Shown one piece after another: positions 1-11,142 of a DNA stretch of 64,000 nucleotides. Where the stretch lies: the NCBI GenBank assembly GCA_977030845.1, contig OZ365112.1, positions 34,472,001 to 34,536,000 of the forward strand, written 5' to 3'. Every line of letters starts with the position of its first letter. Within the stretch, counting starts at the first letter, position 1. The notes under the pieces were generated by a model. It was given only the letters and a program-made list of their open reading frames with translations. It made no database searches and was not told the DNA's origin. The position numbers and the translations under genes are program-made. The DNA comes from Fimbriosthenelais zetlandica. Lineage: Eukaryota.

Positions 1-423
1 CACGTAGCCCACAATGACTTGAATGTCTTCTCCCATTGGTGAAGGAATGGATGTAAGGAAATAGATGATTGTGGATGAGGGATGGAAGAGTTAGGCTGAG
101 GTTAGGTAAGGTTACTACCCACAGCCACTCTGGCCGGGTCAGTGGAACGCGGCCTACCTCTGTATATTTGTGTTCCATGCTCTATGATCTTATCAAGCGA
201 GTAGTATAGGGGGCTGGTTGTTTTCTTCAGGGTATAAATTTCTTGGATTAATTTTAAACTATGGAGTAATGGTACAGCTACTATCTTTTATCTACGAGAA
301 AAGACAATGTTCATGCAAAATATTTGATTGAAGTATTATCTTAATTAAAAAGTCAAAAGTTAATTAGTAGCAATTCAAAAATCCAAAGTTCATGCGAAAT
401 ATTGTCCTAAAGCTTAACTAAGT

Positions 424-3400
424 TTAACTGCTCTCATCTTCCAGTATAATCCGCTTGGTGGCCTGGACTTCCTCGGGGGTGGGTGGTTCGGCTGGGGGGG
501 TAGCTTCCCTCTTGAAGAGCAGTTGGCGAGCCCTGGACCTTGTCAAAGGCCCTGGGTGGGAAGCTAAGTTACTCAAGTCCTCTTGAGTAGGTGCAGGGAG
601 AGTGGGATCCAAGGGGTGAAGCATTGAGGGTGCAGGGTGATGAGATGTGGGTTCATGTAGAGTTGAATCCTCACAGCTGGTAGCAGGTGTAGATTGTAGC
701 GGCAGGGGTAGATCAGGTGGGGGTCTCACTACAATCTTGGTGGCAACAGGTGAAGGAGTGAAGGGGCCAGCCCTTTTCCTACTTCGTGGGGTAGAGGTCA
801 TTTGATCCTCAGCTTCCTGTGCCTCCTCCTGACGTCTCAGGGGAGGGAGGAACTGAGTTTCTTCATTAGCAACTGCTGGTGGGGGTGGAGCTTCATGATA
901 GGGTGGCTCCTCTTCCATGGGTGCTTCTGGTGGGTTAACTGGTACGTTAGTTGGTTGGGGGATTAGTACTGGGTCATTTAGGGGCAGAGCTCCCTCCATA
1001 TTGGGAGCCTGCAAGGGAACGGGAACAGGGTGAACATACACATTTAGGTTTCCAGCTGGAGCTACTCTCAGCCCAGCCGGGGGAGGCAATTGGCCGGCTC
1101 TCTGCCTTGCCCTTGCCCTTGCCCTATTGTCACGCCCCTGTCTTGCCCTAGGCTGCCTTCTTCTCAAGTTTTCCCAGTCTGCTTCCCCATCCACCAACCT
1201 TATCCTCATTCTATTAATAACTTTCCTCTCTCCATTTGGACCTCTGAGCATGACAGCAGTCCCTCTCACCCCGGTTACAGTATAACCATGGTCCCATTTA
1301 GGGTCTAGAGGGGCTGCACCTCCAGCCTGCACTACAACTGAGTCACCTATTCTGAGCTCACCTGCATTGGCTCTCTCTCGGAGGCGTCTATAATTAGACT
1401 GCCTGCTCCGCTCAGTCCTTTCAGCCGCTTCTCTAAATGCATGGGTCAATTCTTGCAATCTCTGACTCAGGGCATCCTCCTCTGCCCCTTCTGGGACAGG
1501 GAAAATGCGGGTAAAGGGGGTTCTAGGTTTTCTACCATATGTAAGGAAAAAGGGACTATAGCCTGTGACTGAGGAGACAGAAATACGATGAGCCCATAGA
1601 GTTGGCCCAAGATGATCTTCCCACTCCTCAGGACGGGCATTAATAAATTTTCGCAATATACCCTTGAATGTTCTATGGAATCTTTCTATTTTAGAATTTG
1701 TTTGAGGATGAAAGGGAGAGGAGTGTCTTACATCCACTCCCAGAGATTGCAAATAACCCTTTACAAGTCTATTTTTGAATTCCAATCCTTGATCTGTGAT
1801 AGTGACCTCTGGGGGCCCATTCCTGGGAATGTACTCATTCTCTAAGAAGTGGAGTACATTGGTGGCCGTCTTCTGTGGTATTGGTTTGACTTCCACCCAC
1901 CCAGTGCAATGATCAATGACTGTAATTACATATTTATTACCAAAGCGAGACAAAGGAAATGGACCACAAAGATCCATCCCCACAATCTGGCCTGGGTATT
2001 TTGCTATTGGCATAGCAGTAGGTGGGATCCTTTCATGAGTGGTTCTATTTACAGCACACCTAGCACACTTAGATATGACAGAATAGCAATCCTTCCTCAT
2101 GGTAGGCCATTTGTAGGCCTCCAATAAACGATCTAGCGTTTTTCTCATTCCAAGATGTCCCACCTCACAATGGGCTCTTCTTATGCACCTGAATCGAGCA
2201 GAGGGGGGCAAGACTAACCTGGGATAGGCAGCCCGCCCAGGAGGAGGTTCTAATGTATACAATAGCCCATTTTCTACTGTATACTGATCCTCATCCCTGA
2301 CACCCAAAATATATTCAGGCATCTCCCTTTGCTCTCTGCTGATTTCTGCTTTCTCCAGGTCATCAAACTCCCATGGAATTTCCTCCATTTCCTCCATGGC
2401 CCATACTTCTAATGAACAGAGAGTTTGGCCAGAAGTGGATTCATTTACCTGGGGTCTGATCCTGGAGAGCATATCAGCCCTCTCATTATCCTTACCTCTT
2501 CTATATTCAATAGGTGCACCATACTCCGCAAGGAGTACAGCCCACCTTTGAATTTTTGTATTCTTTATTTCTGATCTGAACAAGGCTTTCAAAGGGCGAT
2601 GGTCAGTGAATATCTTAAATTCAGCCCCATAAAGGTAAGGTCTAAGCTTTGTAAGTGCATAAACGATCGCAAAGCCCTCACGTTCAAAAGTGCTCCAGCG
2701 TAGTGCTGAGCCTGACAATTGCTTGGAGACATACTGTATAGGCCGTTCAATGCCATTCTTGTCTAACTGACACAATATAGCCCCCACACAATAATCTGAG
2801 CTATCTGTATATAAAATATAGGGCTTATTGAGTTGGGGATGAGCCATAACCTGATCAGACATCAAAAGGTCCCTCAGTGTTTCCCAAGCCTTCTGCTGTT
2901 CAGTTCCCCACTTGAACCTTGCATTTTTCTTGGTTAAAATTACCAGAGGATGTGCGACCTTTGCATAATTCTGAACTAACTGGCGATAAAATCCCGTGGC
3001 CCCTAGGAAACTCCTGATTCCGGTAACATTAGTAGGTGGTGCCATCTCTCGGATTGCTCTTACCTTCTCAGGGTCAGAACGTATTCCTCCACCACTCACT
3101 AAATACCCCAAAAGCTTCACTTCAGGTTGGCAAAAAGTACACTTAGATAGCTTTAAAGTCAGATGATATTCTTGGAGCTTTTTGAAAATGAGATAGAGGT
3201 GCTTCTCATGCTCCTGTTTGTTTCTTGAGTATACAATAATGTCATCAAGGAAGACCATTACAAATTTACCAATATACTCAGAAAAAACCTTGTTCATCAT
3301 GCGTTGGAAGATGGCAGGACTAGTTGTTAAGCCAAAAGGTAACTTCAAAAATTCATACAATCCTCTATGGCAAACAAAAGCTGTCTTCTCAACACTATCA

Positions 3401-4251
3401 GGATCCATGGGAACCTGCCAATACCCACTCTTGAGATCAAGAGTAGTAAAGACAGAGCTCCCTGTGAGGCCGTCAAATATATCCTGAATATGGGGAAGAG
3501 GGTGAGCATCCTTTTTAACGACCTCATTTAACTTTCTATAGTCAACACAAAACCGAATAGAACCATCTTTCTTAGGGACCAATGTTATTGGACTAGCCCA
3601 GGGGGATGAGCTGGGTTGTATCACACCTAATTTTAACATCTCCTCTATTTCGTTATCAACTATTTCCCTTTTATTCAATGGTAGCCTGTAAGGCCTTTGA
3701 TTTATGGGTCTAGCATCTCCTGTTTCTATTTTAGCTGTTATTGCAGTAGTAGCTGGGAGAGAACCAGGTTTACTAAACACCATTGGAAACCTCTTTTGCC
3801 AAATGTCAGCATCAGTACTTACTTCTGATACCTGAATATCTTCTTTCCCAGCAATAATGGAATTGTACACTTTGCCTAAAATATCAATTTTGCGTCTGTC
3901 ACAATGAATGACAGCTTGTAGGTTTTCCAATGCATCTCCCCCTAACAGTAAATCATGGTGTAGTTGTTTAACTACATATACAGGAAATTGACACCCATCT
4001 ATATCAATAATGGTTCTACCCAGAGTTGGAAGACTATGCCCACTGAGAGATCTTAAATTTTCCCCTTTGAATAACACTTCAGAACGATGGCTAGCTTTGC
4101 AGATAGCCTGCCATACATTCTGTCTGATCAAACTTCTACTCGCGCCAGTATCAATTAGTGCACATCTCCGTAGGCCTGCCAACCTAACAGAAATGCACAG
4201 TCTTTGATCCGGCGCAGCTATTCCCCCTGTAGGAAAGGGTTTAAATTTTGC
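424..4251 (-). CDS. pol: Gypsy Pol polyprotein (PR-RT-RNaseH-IN) with long low-complexity C-terminal tail
   Basis: Protease LIDTGAS; RT motifs WASPITLVPKKDG, RFCVDYRKLN, LPFGL and FLDDII; RNase H YTDSS and FTDHRPL; integrase HHCC zinc finger, MDLCGP, TDQG and IERFHRT. The ORF track starts at 4182, but the frame is open upstream to a TAG at 4252-4254 and overlaps the end of gag. Confidence 0.96.
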   Translation of the reverse strand, partial: AKFKPFPTGGIAAPDQRLCISVRLAGLRRCALIDTGASRSLIRQNVWQAICKASHRSEVLFKGENLRSLSGHSLPTLGRTIIDIDGCQFPVYVVKQLHHDLLLGGDALENLQAVIHCDRRKIDILGKVYNSIIAGKEDIQVSEVSTDADIWQKRFPMVFSKPGSLPATTAITAKIETGDARPINQRPYRLPLNKREIVDNEIEEMLKLGVIQPSSSPWASPITLVPKKDGSIRFCVDYRKLNEVVKKDAHPLPHIQDIFDGLTGSSVFTTLDLKSGYWQVPMDPDSVEKTAFVCHRGLYEFLKLPFGLTTSPAIFQRMMNKVFSEYIGKFVMVFLDDIIVYSRNKQEHEKHLYLIFKKLQEYHLTLKLSKCTFCQPEVKLLGYLVSGGGIRSDPEKVRAIREMAPPTNVTGIRSFLGATGFYRQLVQNYAKVAHPLVILTKKNARFKWGTEQQKAWETLRDLLMSDQVMAHPQLNKPYILYTDSSDYCVGAILCQLDKNGIERPIQYVSKQLSGSALRWSTFEREGFAIVYALTKLRPYLYGAEFKIFTDHRPLKALFRSEIKNTKIQRWAVLLAEYGAPIEYRRGKDNERADMLSRIRPQVNESTSGQTLCSLEVWAMEEMEEIPWEFDDLEKAEISREQREMPEYILGVRDEDQYTVENGLLYTLEPPPGRAAYPRLVLPPSARFRCIRRAHCEVGHLGMRKTLDRLLEAYKWPTMRKDCYSVISKCARCAVNRTTHERIPPTAMPIAKYPGQIVGMDLCGPFPLSRFGNKYVITVIDHCTGWVEVKPIPQKTATNVLHFLENEYIPRNGPPEVTITDQGLEFKNRLVKGYLQSLGVDVRHSSPFHPQTNSKIERFHRTFKGILRKFINARPEEWEDHLGPTLWAHRISVSSVTGYSPFFLTYGRKPRTPFTRIFPVPEGAEEDALSQRLQELTHAFREAAERTERSRQSNYRRLRERANAGELRIGDSVVVQAGGAAPLDPKWDHGYTVTGVRGTAVMLRGPNGERKVINRMRIRLVDGEADWENLRRRQPRARQGRDNRARARARQRAGQLPPPAGLRVAPAGNLNVYVHPVPVPLQAPNMEGALPLNDPVLIPQPTNVPVNPPEAPMEEEPPYHEAPPPPAVANEETQFLPPLRRQEEAQEAEDQMTSTPRSRKRAGPFTPSPVATKIVVRPPPDLPLPLQSTPATSCEDSTLHEPTSHHPAPSMLHPLDPTLPAPTQEDLSNLASHPGPLTRSRARQLLFKREATPPAEPPTPEEVQATKRIILEDESS

Positions 4252-5414
4252 CTAGGAGGCGGCATGCTATGAATTACAGAGGCCACTACCTCCTGCAATT
4301 GACGGTACCTATGGGGGCACTCCCTAGCGAAGTGGCCCTCTACCCCACACTCATAACACTTATTGGGCCCCCTAAAACGTGTGTTATTTTGCTGGGGTTT
4401 ACCTCTCCCCTGCCCATTATTTCTATTTTGCTCAAAACCTCCCACTTTCTTTTTGTTTCCCTTCTTGTTTCCTTTTTGGAATCCCCCCTGCGCTGCCCCG
4501 CCTCCCCCCACAGCACCCCCTACATTGGCGGCAGCCATAGGCATACAGGGGTTAACATAAGGCATGTAGGGTGGAAAACATGGGTATTGAGGTGCCGACT
4601 GTGGCATAATAACAGTTGGAGGTGGGTATTGCGTCTGACCTTGTGTTGGATTTGCACTGTTTTGTAACTGGCAAATAAATTTTTCGATTCTATCTAACCT
4701 ATTAGTATTAACCGAATGGCCAGTTGGTTGGGGAAGAGCACCAATGTCCATTGGCTCTTCGTTGCGGGCAGCAGCAGATGGCATACCAGCAAGTGCAACA
4801 GTATGAGCTGCAGCTGAAGCTGCATTAATTGCTGCCTGCAAATTTTCAGGTCTTCCAGCAAAAACATCATGCCTGATTTTCTCCTCCCTGAGACCAGAAA
4901 TAAAATGTCGGATCAGCTGTTCCTGAATTAGTTGGTTTTCTAAATCTGCAGCAGGATAAGCCTGCTGCGCTGCTAAAAGAAACACCCTACCATAGGCCTT
5001 GGCATCTTCATAGGGCCTCTGGTGGATTTCAGAAATTTTGGCCCTCAATTGCTGGGCTTCCTCTTCCGACATGAACAGCCTATTTATCTCTGCTCTCACG
5101 TTGACCCAAGTCCTATGGGCAACTGGTGTGTTACCTAAATAACCTGCCACACACCTAGCCAGGGACCCTTGGGCCAACACACCCAACAGTTCGAGAGTCA
5201 GGCCATCATTGGCAACGCAATATGCCCTAGCTCTCTCTATTGCGTCGAGCCATTCTCTTAGCGTCTCTTTGTTGGAGCCATCATTACCTCCTATCATGTT
5301 TCCATGACGCTCCATTCGCCTCCTGCATTCTTTGATAGAGGCATTTCGCTCTCTGAGCTGATCAGGAGTGAGAGCAGCTATTTGCACAGCCGTCAAATTC
5401 CAATTTACATCCAT
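4218..5414 (-). CDS. gag: Gypsy Gag (398 aa) with CCHC zinc knuckle
   Basis: QEQLIRHFISGL capsid-like segment, EPMDIG motif and CYECGVEGHFAREC knuckle; lies directly upstream of pol. Confidence 0.93.
   Translation of the reverse strand: MDVNWNLTAVQIAALTPDQLRERNASIKECRRRMERHGNMIGGNDGSNKETLREWLDAIERARAYCVANDGLTLELLGVLAQGSLARCVAGYLGNTPVAHRTWVNVRAEINRLFMSEEEAQQLRAKISEIHQRPYEDAKAYGRVFLLAAQQAYPAADLENQLIQEQLIRHFISGLREEKIRHDVFAGRPENLQAAINAASAAAHTVALAGMPSAAARNEEPMDIGALPQPTGHSVNTNRLDRIEKFICQLQNSANPTQGQTQYPPPTVIMPQSAPQYPCFPPYMPYVNPCMPMAAANVGGAVGGGGAAQGGFQKGNKKGNKKKVGGFEQNRNNGQGRGKPQQNNTRFRGPNKCYECGVEGHFARECPHRYRQLQEVVASVIHSMPPPRQNLNPFLQGE
4239..4248 (-). promoter_or_regulatory. -1 ribosomal frameshift slippery site AAAUUUAAAC at the gag/pol overlap
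   Basis: Gag frame reads CAA AAT TTA AAC, giving A AAU UUA and U UUA AAC in X XXY YYZ register. The -1 frame (AAA TTT AAA CCC) is the pol frame. Confidence 0.75.
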
Positions 5415-5914
5415 TTTGGAAGAAATAAACTAAAATTTTGAGAATGATTTATGATCAAACTTTCCCCAAAGAAACGCCAAAATTTAGAGAATGCATTACA
5501 ATCAAAATATCCCCAAAGAAATGCTAAAATTTAGAGAATGCATTATATATATTCAAAGTTCCCACCAAAGAGCGCAACATATAGATAAGATAAATCCAGA
5601 TGTGAATCCATGGTATATCCTCGATAGTCAGACACAACACCCCATACTCAATCACATACAACACCTCAAAGCCTCACATCCCCAAACACACAATAATACG
5701 TGGCAAGAAAGCAAGCCTACCTTCACACCCGGTGAGTGGTGAAATCCGTGATGTTGCTGGGACGTTGATGTGAAGTATATTCGCATGGTGATGCAGTGTA
5801 TGTTAACAGGGAGGCAAACAGGGAGTTAAGACCAAGGGAAGTATCTAAGGGGAATAAGGGAATCTGAAGTTAGGAGCCGGGCCATTTTGCAATGGCCTGT
5901 TAGTCTCGTCCGGA

Positions 5915-5923
5915 GGGTCGCCA
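5915..5923 (-). promoter_or_regulatory. Primer-binding site TGGCGACCC (compatible with the 3' end of a tRNA-Arg)
   Basis: Lies 2 nt (AT) after the LTR end ...ACTTTACA and starts with TGG. It is complementary to ...GGGUCGCCA-type tRNA-Arg ends (from recall, not searched). Confidence 0.7.
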
Positions 5924-5925
5924 AT

Positions 5926-6403
5926 TGTAAAGTTGCATAGGGGGGTTGGGGAAGTGGGAGAACAGAAAAGAGTAACAAGGGTTTGAGGTATATGGACTAA
6001 GTCTAAGTCAAGATCAAATCGTTCTCTTCTTCCAAGCTTACAATATATATACCCCTGGTCTCCTCTCTGGACTCCACCCTCTAATTACTTATGCATCCCT
6101 TCCCACTCCCAACCCGCTCAAAACCCCCATGCATATATATCCAAACCCACAACCCTTCCCATATTTGTACCCTAAATCGAGGAGTCAGAGAAGAAGTGGC
6201 AGGGTTTCCAGGAATACACATATAGAGGCGTCCAATAGCAACAGTGCAAGTCATATGTGTATATGATGGGTTAGTAAGGGAGGAGGGTGGAGGGAGGGCA
6301 GCATGCATCGCCCTCGCGCGCCCTCTATGGGGGTGGGTCGAGTTGCTCAGCCAGGGTAGACATGCACCCCTAGCTCAGGCTTGCTCAAGGCCTAGATTCT
6401 ACA
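5926..6403 (-). repeat. 5' LTR of the Gypsy element (478 bp)
   Basis: Minus strand starts TGTAGAATC and ends ACTTTACA, followed by the PBS. The partner LTR is not in the window, so the boundaries rest on termini and PBS. Confidence 0.8.
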
Positions 6404-6615
6404 ATATATCATAGCTGTCTGTCAAGTCAATAAAAATTAATCCACAAATTAAAATCCAAAAACATGGGATAATTGGGACGATTACATGTCTATTATTATA
6501 TCATATTTAATAGTTGTGTTAAAATTCACAGATTATTGTATCGTTTTAAATACAAAATAAATTTTGACCATCAAGTGATTGTCAACAATTTTAATATTGT
6601 GTGAGTATGACTTAC

Positions 6616-6751
6616 TAGTTTTGAGTTGTGGGACGTTGTTGGTGAAGTAGGTGAGGTAGGTCGTCCTGTACGCCGCTTTCTTCTGGGCCAGCTTCAACAT
6701 GCCTTCTGATGGGTCTATTCCATGTATCTCACTGTAAGCGTGCTTCCTTAA
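6616..6751 (-). CDS. Internal exon of a class I SAM methyltransferase (METTL27/WBSCR27-like)
   Basis: Translates LRKHAYSEIHGIDPSEGMLKLAQKKAAYRTTYL, the G(I/L)DPSxGMLxxA motif. Flanked by a tttcag acceptor and a gtaagt donor. Confidence 0.7.
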
Positions 6752-7597
6752 CTGAAAATACAATAATATTCATAATTAAATATCAGACACTATGGCTTTG
6801 TCGGTTCAATGGGGACAGTAGTGGATGGTGGGATGATGGGCCAGAGAAAGGAGGAACTACTAATACGGTTTAATTTCTGGTTCCTCAAGGCTATGGTCGG
6901 GAGAAAACTAGAGTAAAATACTCACCAGTTCCACAAATAGGAGAGACCCAGGAAAGTTGTGCCAATTTTTCGATTTTTCAATATTTTTTAGCATATTCAA
7001 CTTAAATGGAGAACTTACTATAAAGTAGTACTATTTTTTTGCAATATGGGCTGGGTAAATGAAATCCCAGAATTTCCTCATATATAAATACTATATAACA
7101 CATGGTCAACTGGCTCAACTCTCCTTCGGACTGAGGAAAGTTGAGCATGGCGTTAGATGGCTTGGGGAGAGTTGAGCCATGTGTTGTAAATTATTTAAAT
7201 GTATTTAAAACTGAGGCTTGTGGTTTCGTGGTTGGAAGAAGGGGCGTGGGGGCTATGGTGGACCTTCCCAGGTCCTTTCTCTCTTTATTCTCCCTTCTCC
7301 TATTTCTCTATCTCCTCTACTATATCTCCTCTCCTGTTTGCCTTCTCTCTTCTACTTTCTTCTCCATCCCTGGCACGGATTTACGGGCTTAACCTAGGGT
7401 TAACTCTAACACTAACCTGGTGCCCCCACCCCCCTTTGGAAAAATCCTGGATCCGCCCCTGCATCCCCTGTCTGTATATGACTTCTCCCATCTATCTCTC
7501 TTCTCTCATCTTTATTTTGTCGCCTCGTGGGCATTGGCCAATACTCTGGCAAAGATGATGCTATAGTAAAGTGTATGATGTTTAAAAACAAACTTAC

Positions 7598-7738
7598 TTG
7601 TTCATAGTTTCTGCCGACTTGTTGTAAAACCTTACCACATCATCTGATTTCCTCCTTGCTGTTTGGTTAAAGAAACTTGTTGTGGCAAAATAGTTAGCCT
7701 TGTGAGAGTTCTTGTCAACATTGCATGTGGCATCCATG
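7598..7738 (-). pseudogene. Probable first coding exon of the same methyltransferase, with an apparent 1-nt frameshift
   Basis: Reads MDATCNVDKNSHKANYFATTSFFNQTARRKSDDVVRFYNKSAE, then NYEQ in a shifted frame ending at a gtaagt donor. This resembles the YxxWAxxYEQD N-terminus of METTL27-like proteins. Confidence 0.5.
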
Positions 7739-7937
7739 ACTCAGATACCAACTGCAAGCCTGTGAGTAGGCCCTAAATGTTTTTACTGTAAAAATAAATA
7801 CATTCTGACTTAATTTTGCAGTAGCTGGTTTGCGGCCTTTAACCAGTACCATTACACAGAGATAGGAAGTTTTCAGATATGAGTGATATGTTTTCAGTGC
7901 AACCCACTTAATATGTCACACTGAAACTTCTCCTTAT

Positions 7938-8056
7938 GCCGGGTAAACACAGAGGCGATTTTCCCAAGCGATGCAGAGCTATAGTATATTGGGTGTAACT
8001 AGAATTATACTATCACTCTGCATCGCTTGGACGGATCGCCTCTGTGTTGGCCTGGC
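7938..8056. mobile_element. ~120-bp palindromic MITE (PIF/Harbinger-like termini)
   Basis: Imperfect inverted arms gccgggtaaacacagaggcga...aagcgatgcagag and ctctgcatcgcttgg...tcgcctctgtgttggcctggc. Confidence 0.65.
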
Positions 8057-9991
8057 ATAATGCTGGAAAAATGTATATCTGAGGCTCTAGAAATGATAAC
8101 AGCTTGATTTTACAGTTTACTTAAATGAAATTGCCCTGGGAGTGTGAAATACCATATTAAAAAGGTGCATGAGAAGGAGGACACTGAGAAAGACCTTTCC
8201 CTCCCGTTTGAGATTCACCTTTATCAAGGACTAGGGACATGTTATTAGTATTCATCAAATGAGAGCGCCGAGAACAAGTCACAAGAGAGTACTCTCAGTG
8301 AATATCATTATGTGAACTTGGATATATAGAAATTCACAATGCATAATATGTGAAAATAGCAGACTCTATCAACATTACAAAGGGATTTTAAATTCCCCAA
8401 GAAATTCCCCTACGGTGTTTCACCTGAACGATTTTTTGGAGTTCACTCTTCCACTTTTCTCCAGAATTGTCAATTGTGTTAAATAGAAAGCACATGAACT
8501 TTTCGACCAAATATGAATAAAAAGGAAATATGAATAAAATAAAATAAAAATCCATGAGAAATTAATTTAATTGTGTTTAAATTAGGCCTATAAGGCCTAT
8601 ATGCAGAAGTGTTCGTCACGGTGAGAAGCATGTAAAAGTTTAGTCTCCCGATCTATTTAGAAATAGGACCCAGACTGTCATAGCTATTATAGCGTATGTG
8701 TGTGTGTGGGGGGGGGGGGGGGCTACTTTTTCAGATTTTCCTTCTTGAAAATATAAAGAATGGTAGACCTAGCACTAGGCCTAGCCTATGTGTGGGCCTG
8801 TAAATAATTCCAATAAAGAGAACATGAAATTTGATAGGTATATATAGGCCTAGACCTTGTGACTTGTAGGCTATAATGGATTTCTATTTCAGTGTGCATA
8901 TTTCCAATTGTATTATTTTAGTACATATCTCATATATATAATATGTCTGATAGGCCCAAAGGTTGTACTTGGCCCGAACGATCAGGTAGGCCCTAGGCCA
9001 ATGTAGGCTTACTTTTTGCTTTTTTCTTAAAAGGAATAGGGTAGTATTTTTTAAGTGTAAATCCTTGAAAGGGGCCTGATTATGAAAGCAGTAAACGAGC
9101 AGACTATGAAAGGCAGGCCTACCGGTACCCACTTTCATTGGGAGTGCCCCCCTCTGCAGTAGTTTTGCTCAGCGAGGACTAGCGTTGTAACGGGTCGGTA
9201 TGTCTGCCTGTGTGTTTTACCATTTTCCCACTTCCTTTCTGATTATGGACTGATGGCGGGCAGCAGCACGCCTGCTTTCCCTCGCCATTAAAACTCATCT
9301 TTATCGAACGACTCAGCCCAAACTAAGGTAAGATCTATCAGGTAAGGTATTTATCTATTAAATTGGAGTAGTAGGCCTACATGTTCTAAAATGTAGTGTA
9401 TCTAACGTTATTAGTTGGTCTTACTCTACTACCCATACCGGTACTTGTCTTGTATGGTACGGTATGGTTTGCCGTTTTGGTTTCAACTCTTTCCCGAATC
9501 TGGGGGACATCTAACTCTGTATGAACAGGGACACTATTCATGCCTCCCCTATCTGGGCACACTTACTATTTAAGATAAGTTGACAGACTTGTCAATATGC
9601 TGTTCTTTATGTTTGTTTTCTGACAATTCTGTTTTTCTCAATCCCGATGCACGTGGACGCACTAGTCAGTCAGCCGAGCATAGACCCTGTACCGTAGGCC
9701 TACATTACATGAAAAAATAAAAAACCATTTTCAGCATCAACAAGACATTCATATGAAAGGCCTTGAGTAGTGTTGATCATTGTTTTTTGAATTTTTATTA
9801 TATCTCTATTGGTTCAAAAGTTATCGCTGATTTTCGTTTCCAATAATGGCGGAATAGTGTCCTAGGATAGATAGTAATAGATATCTTTTTTCTACTTTTA
9901 TATTTTTCTACTAGTTTTCCCTTATTGAATGATCCCTAGACTGAAAAGATGATTTACCCATATCTGACCATTCAACATTTGACCAGTAATT

Positions 9992-10093
9992 ATATCTAAT
10001 GGGCCTCATGGTCACTGTAATCGTACTCATCTGGGGTGTCAAATGACGCCCCAGATGAGTACGATTACAGTGACCACGAGGCCCATTAGATAT
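9992..10093. repeat. Near-perfect ~100-bp palindrome (hairpin element or MITE)
   Basis: atatctaatgggcctcatggtcactgtaatcgtactcatctggggtgtca followed by its reverse complement, with about two mismatches and a 2-3 nt loop. Confidence 0.9.
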
Positions 10094-10476
10094 TTATTAC
10101 ATACGTGAACAACCCATTTTTGTTTACTTCGGACATTCACTTACTTTTGTACTTTTTTGAAGTAGAAAACGGCCAAAAATCATGGTAACCCGCGGTTTTT
10201 TGGTGTCCGGCGTGTCCTGCCATCTTTGTTTTGTATTCATACGCGTTGCCAATTTACGCAGCGGATACACTTCCGTTATGTTTAGACATTGTTTTTTCTT
10301 TAAAAAAATCTAAAATCTAACTTATTTTATGCATCAACTGTTAAGACTACTCCATTGAAAGTGATTATACTGACTCTGCTTTCTCTACATCGTTCTACAT
10401 TAATCTTTTAACATGGAAACTATTTTCTCTATTAGGCCTAGCCTACCCGACCGGGTACCCATCGATGTTCATTTCA

Positions 10477-10664
10477 CCGGGCCCACACAGCTTCGATTTT
10501 CCCAAGCGATGCAGAGTAAGAGTAGGCCTATATTCCTAGTCACACCCAATGCTTGTAATTTTGTCAGTGATTAGCCTTAGCTAGGTTTAAAGGACTGTTA
10601 AAATTACAAACACTGGTTGTGAGTAGAAATATACTCGCTCTTCATCGCTTCAGTGTGGGCCCGG
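10477..10664. mobile_element. MITE related to 7938-8056
   Basis: Termini ccgggcccacacag and cagtgtgggcccgg. Shares the core cgattttcccaagcgatgcagag with the 7.9-kb copy. Confidence 0.65.
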
Positions 10665-11142
10665 CATTAGGCTGGTGGCGTCATCGCCAACCTTGTCAAC
10701 GTATGTAGCCACGGTGATATGACACTGTGACGTCGCGCCCCTAGTGACTTGACAACGGACTGGGATGACAGTATAATGGCTGATTTAATAGATAAATACA
10801 AAGAAACATTTTCCAAACCTATATCTAAGGCTTCTGTTCCCTTAAAATAGTGTGTGATAAAAATTGCCAGTTTGAAAGAAGTATATTTCCTTTAGAAACG
10901 ACAATTTGTATTTCCGGCAGCTCCGGTTGTCAAACAAAGATGGCGGACACGTTTATTTTCTCCCGATTCACATTAGTTTTTTCCTGATTACAGTATCGGC
11001 GGACTTATTCCTTTGGATATGCGCCATATATAAATGAGTTTTATTGTTGTGCAAATTTTTCGGATTTAGCGGGAGTGCTTTTCCAAGTGGTGCAGGGGGG
11101 ATGTGTGGCTATCTTGCCGGTTATCCTTGGCTCAGATGACCG

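Larger units (their letters stand above)
1..6403 (-). mobile_element. Ty3/Gypsy LTR retrotransposon, truncated by the window start (3' LTR outside the window)
   Basis: Open gag (4218-5414) and pol (424-4251), PBS at 5915-5923, LTR at 5926-6403 with TGTA...TACA ends, ATAT immediately outside the 5' end (6404-6407). Confidence 0.95.

Noticed and set aside
1-423. Possible 3' LTR of the Gypsy element
   Set aside because: No similarity to 5926-6403; this is 3' UTR, and the LTR must lie beyond the window start.
951-4667. Plus-strand ORFs opposite gag and pol
   Set aside because: Antisense shadows of the coding frames, with no recognisable motifs.
6915-6960. TGT GGA ACT G|gtgagt as the missing CGTG motif exon of the methyltransferase
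   Set aside because: The upstream frame reads WVSPICGTG, without the LD(V/A) context, and no acceptor was found; probably chance.
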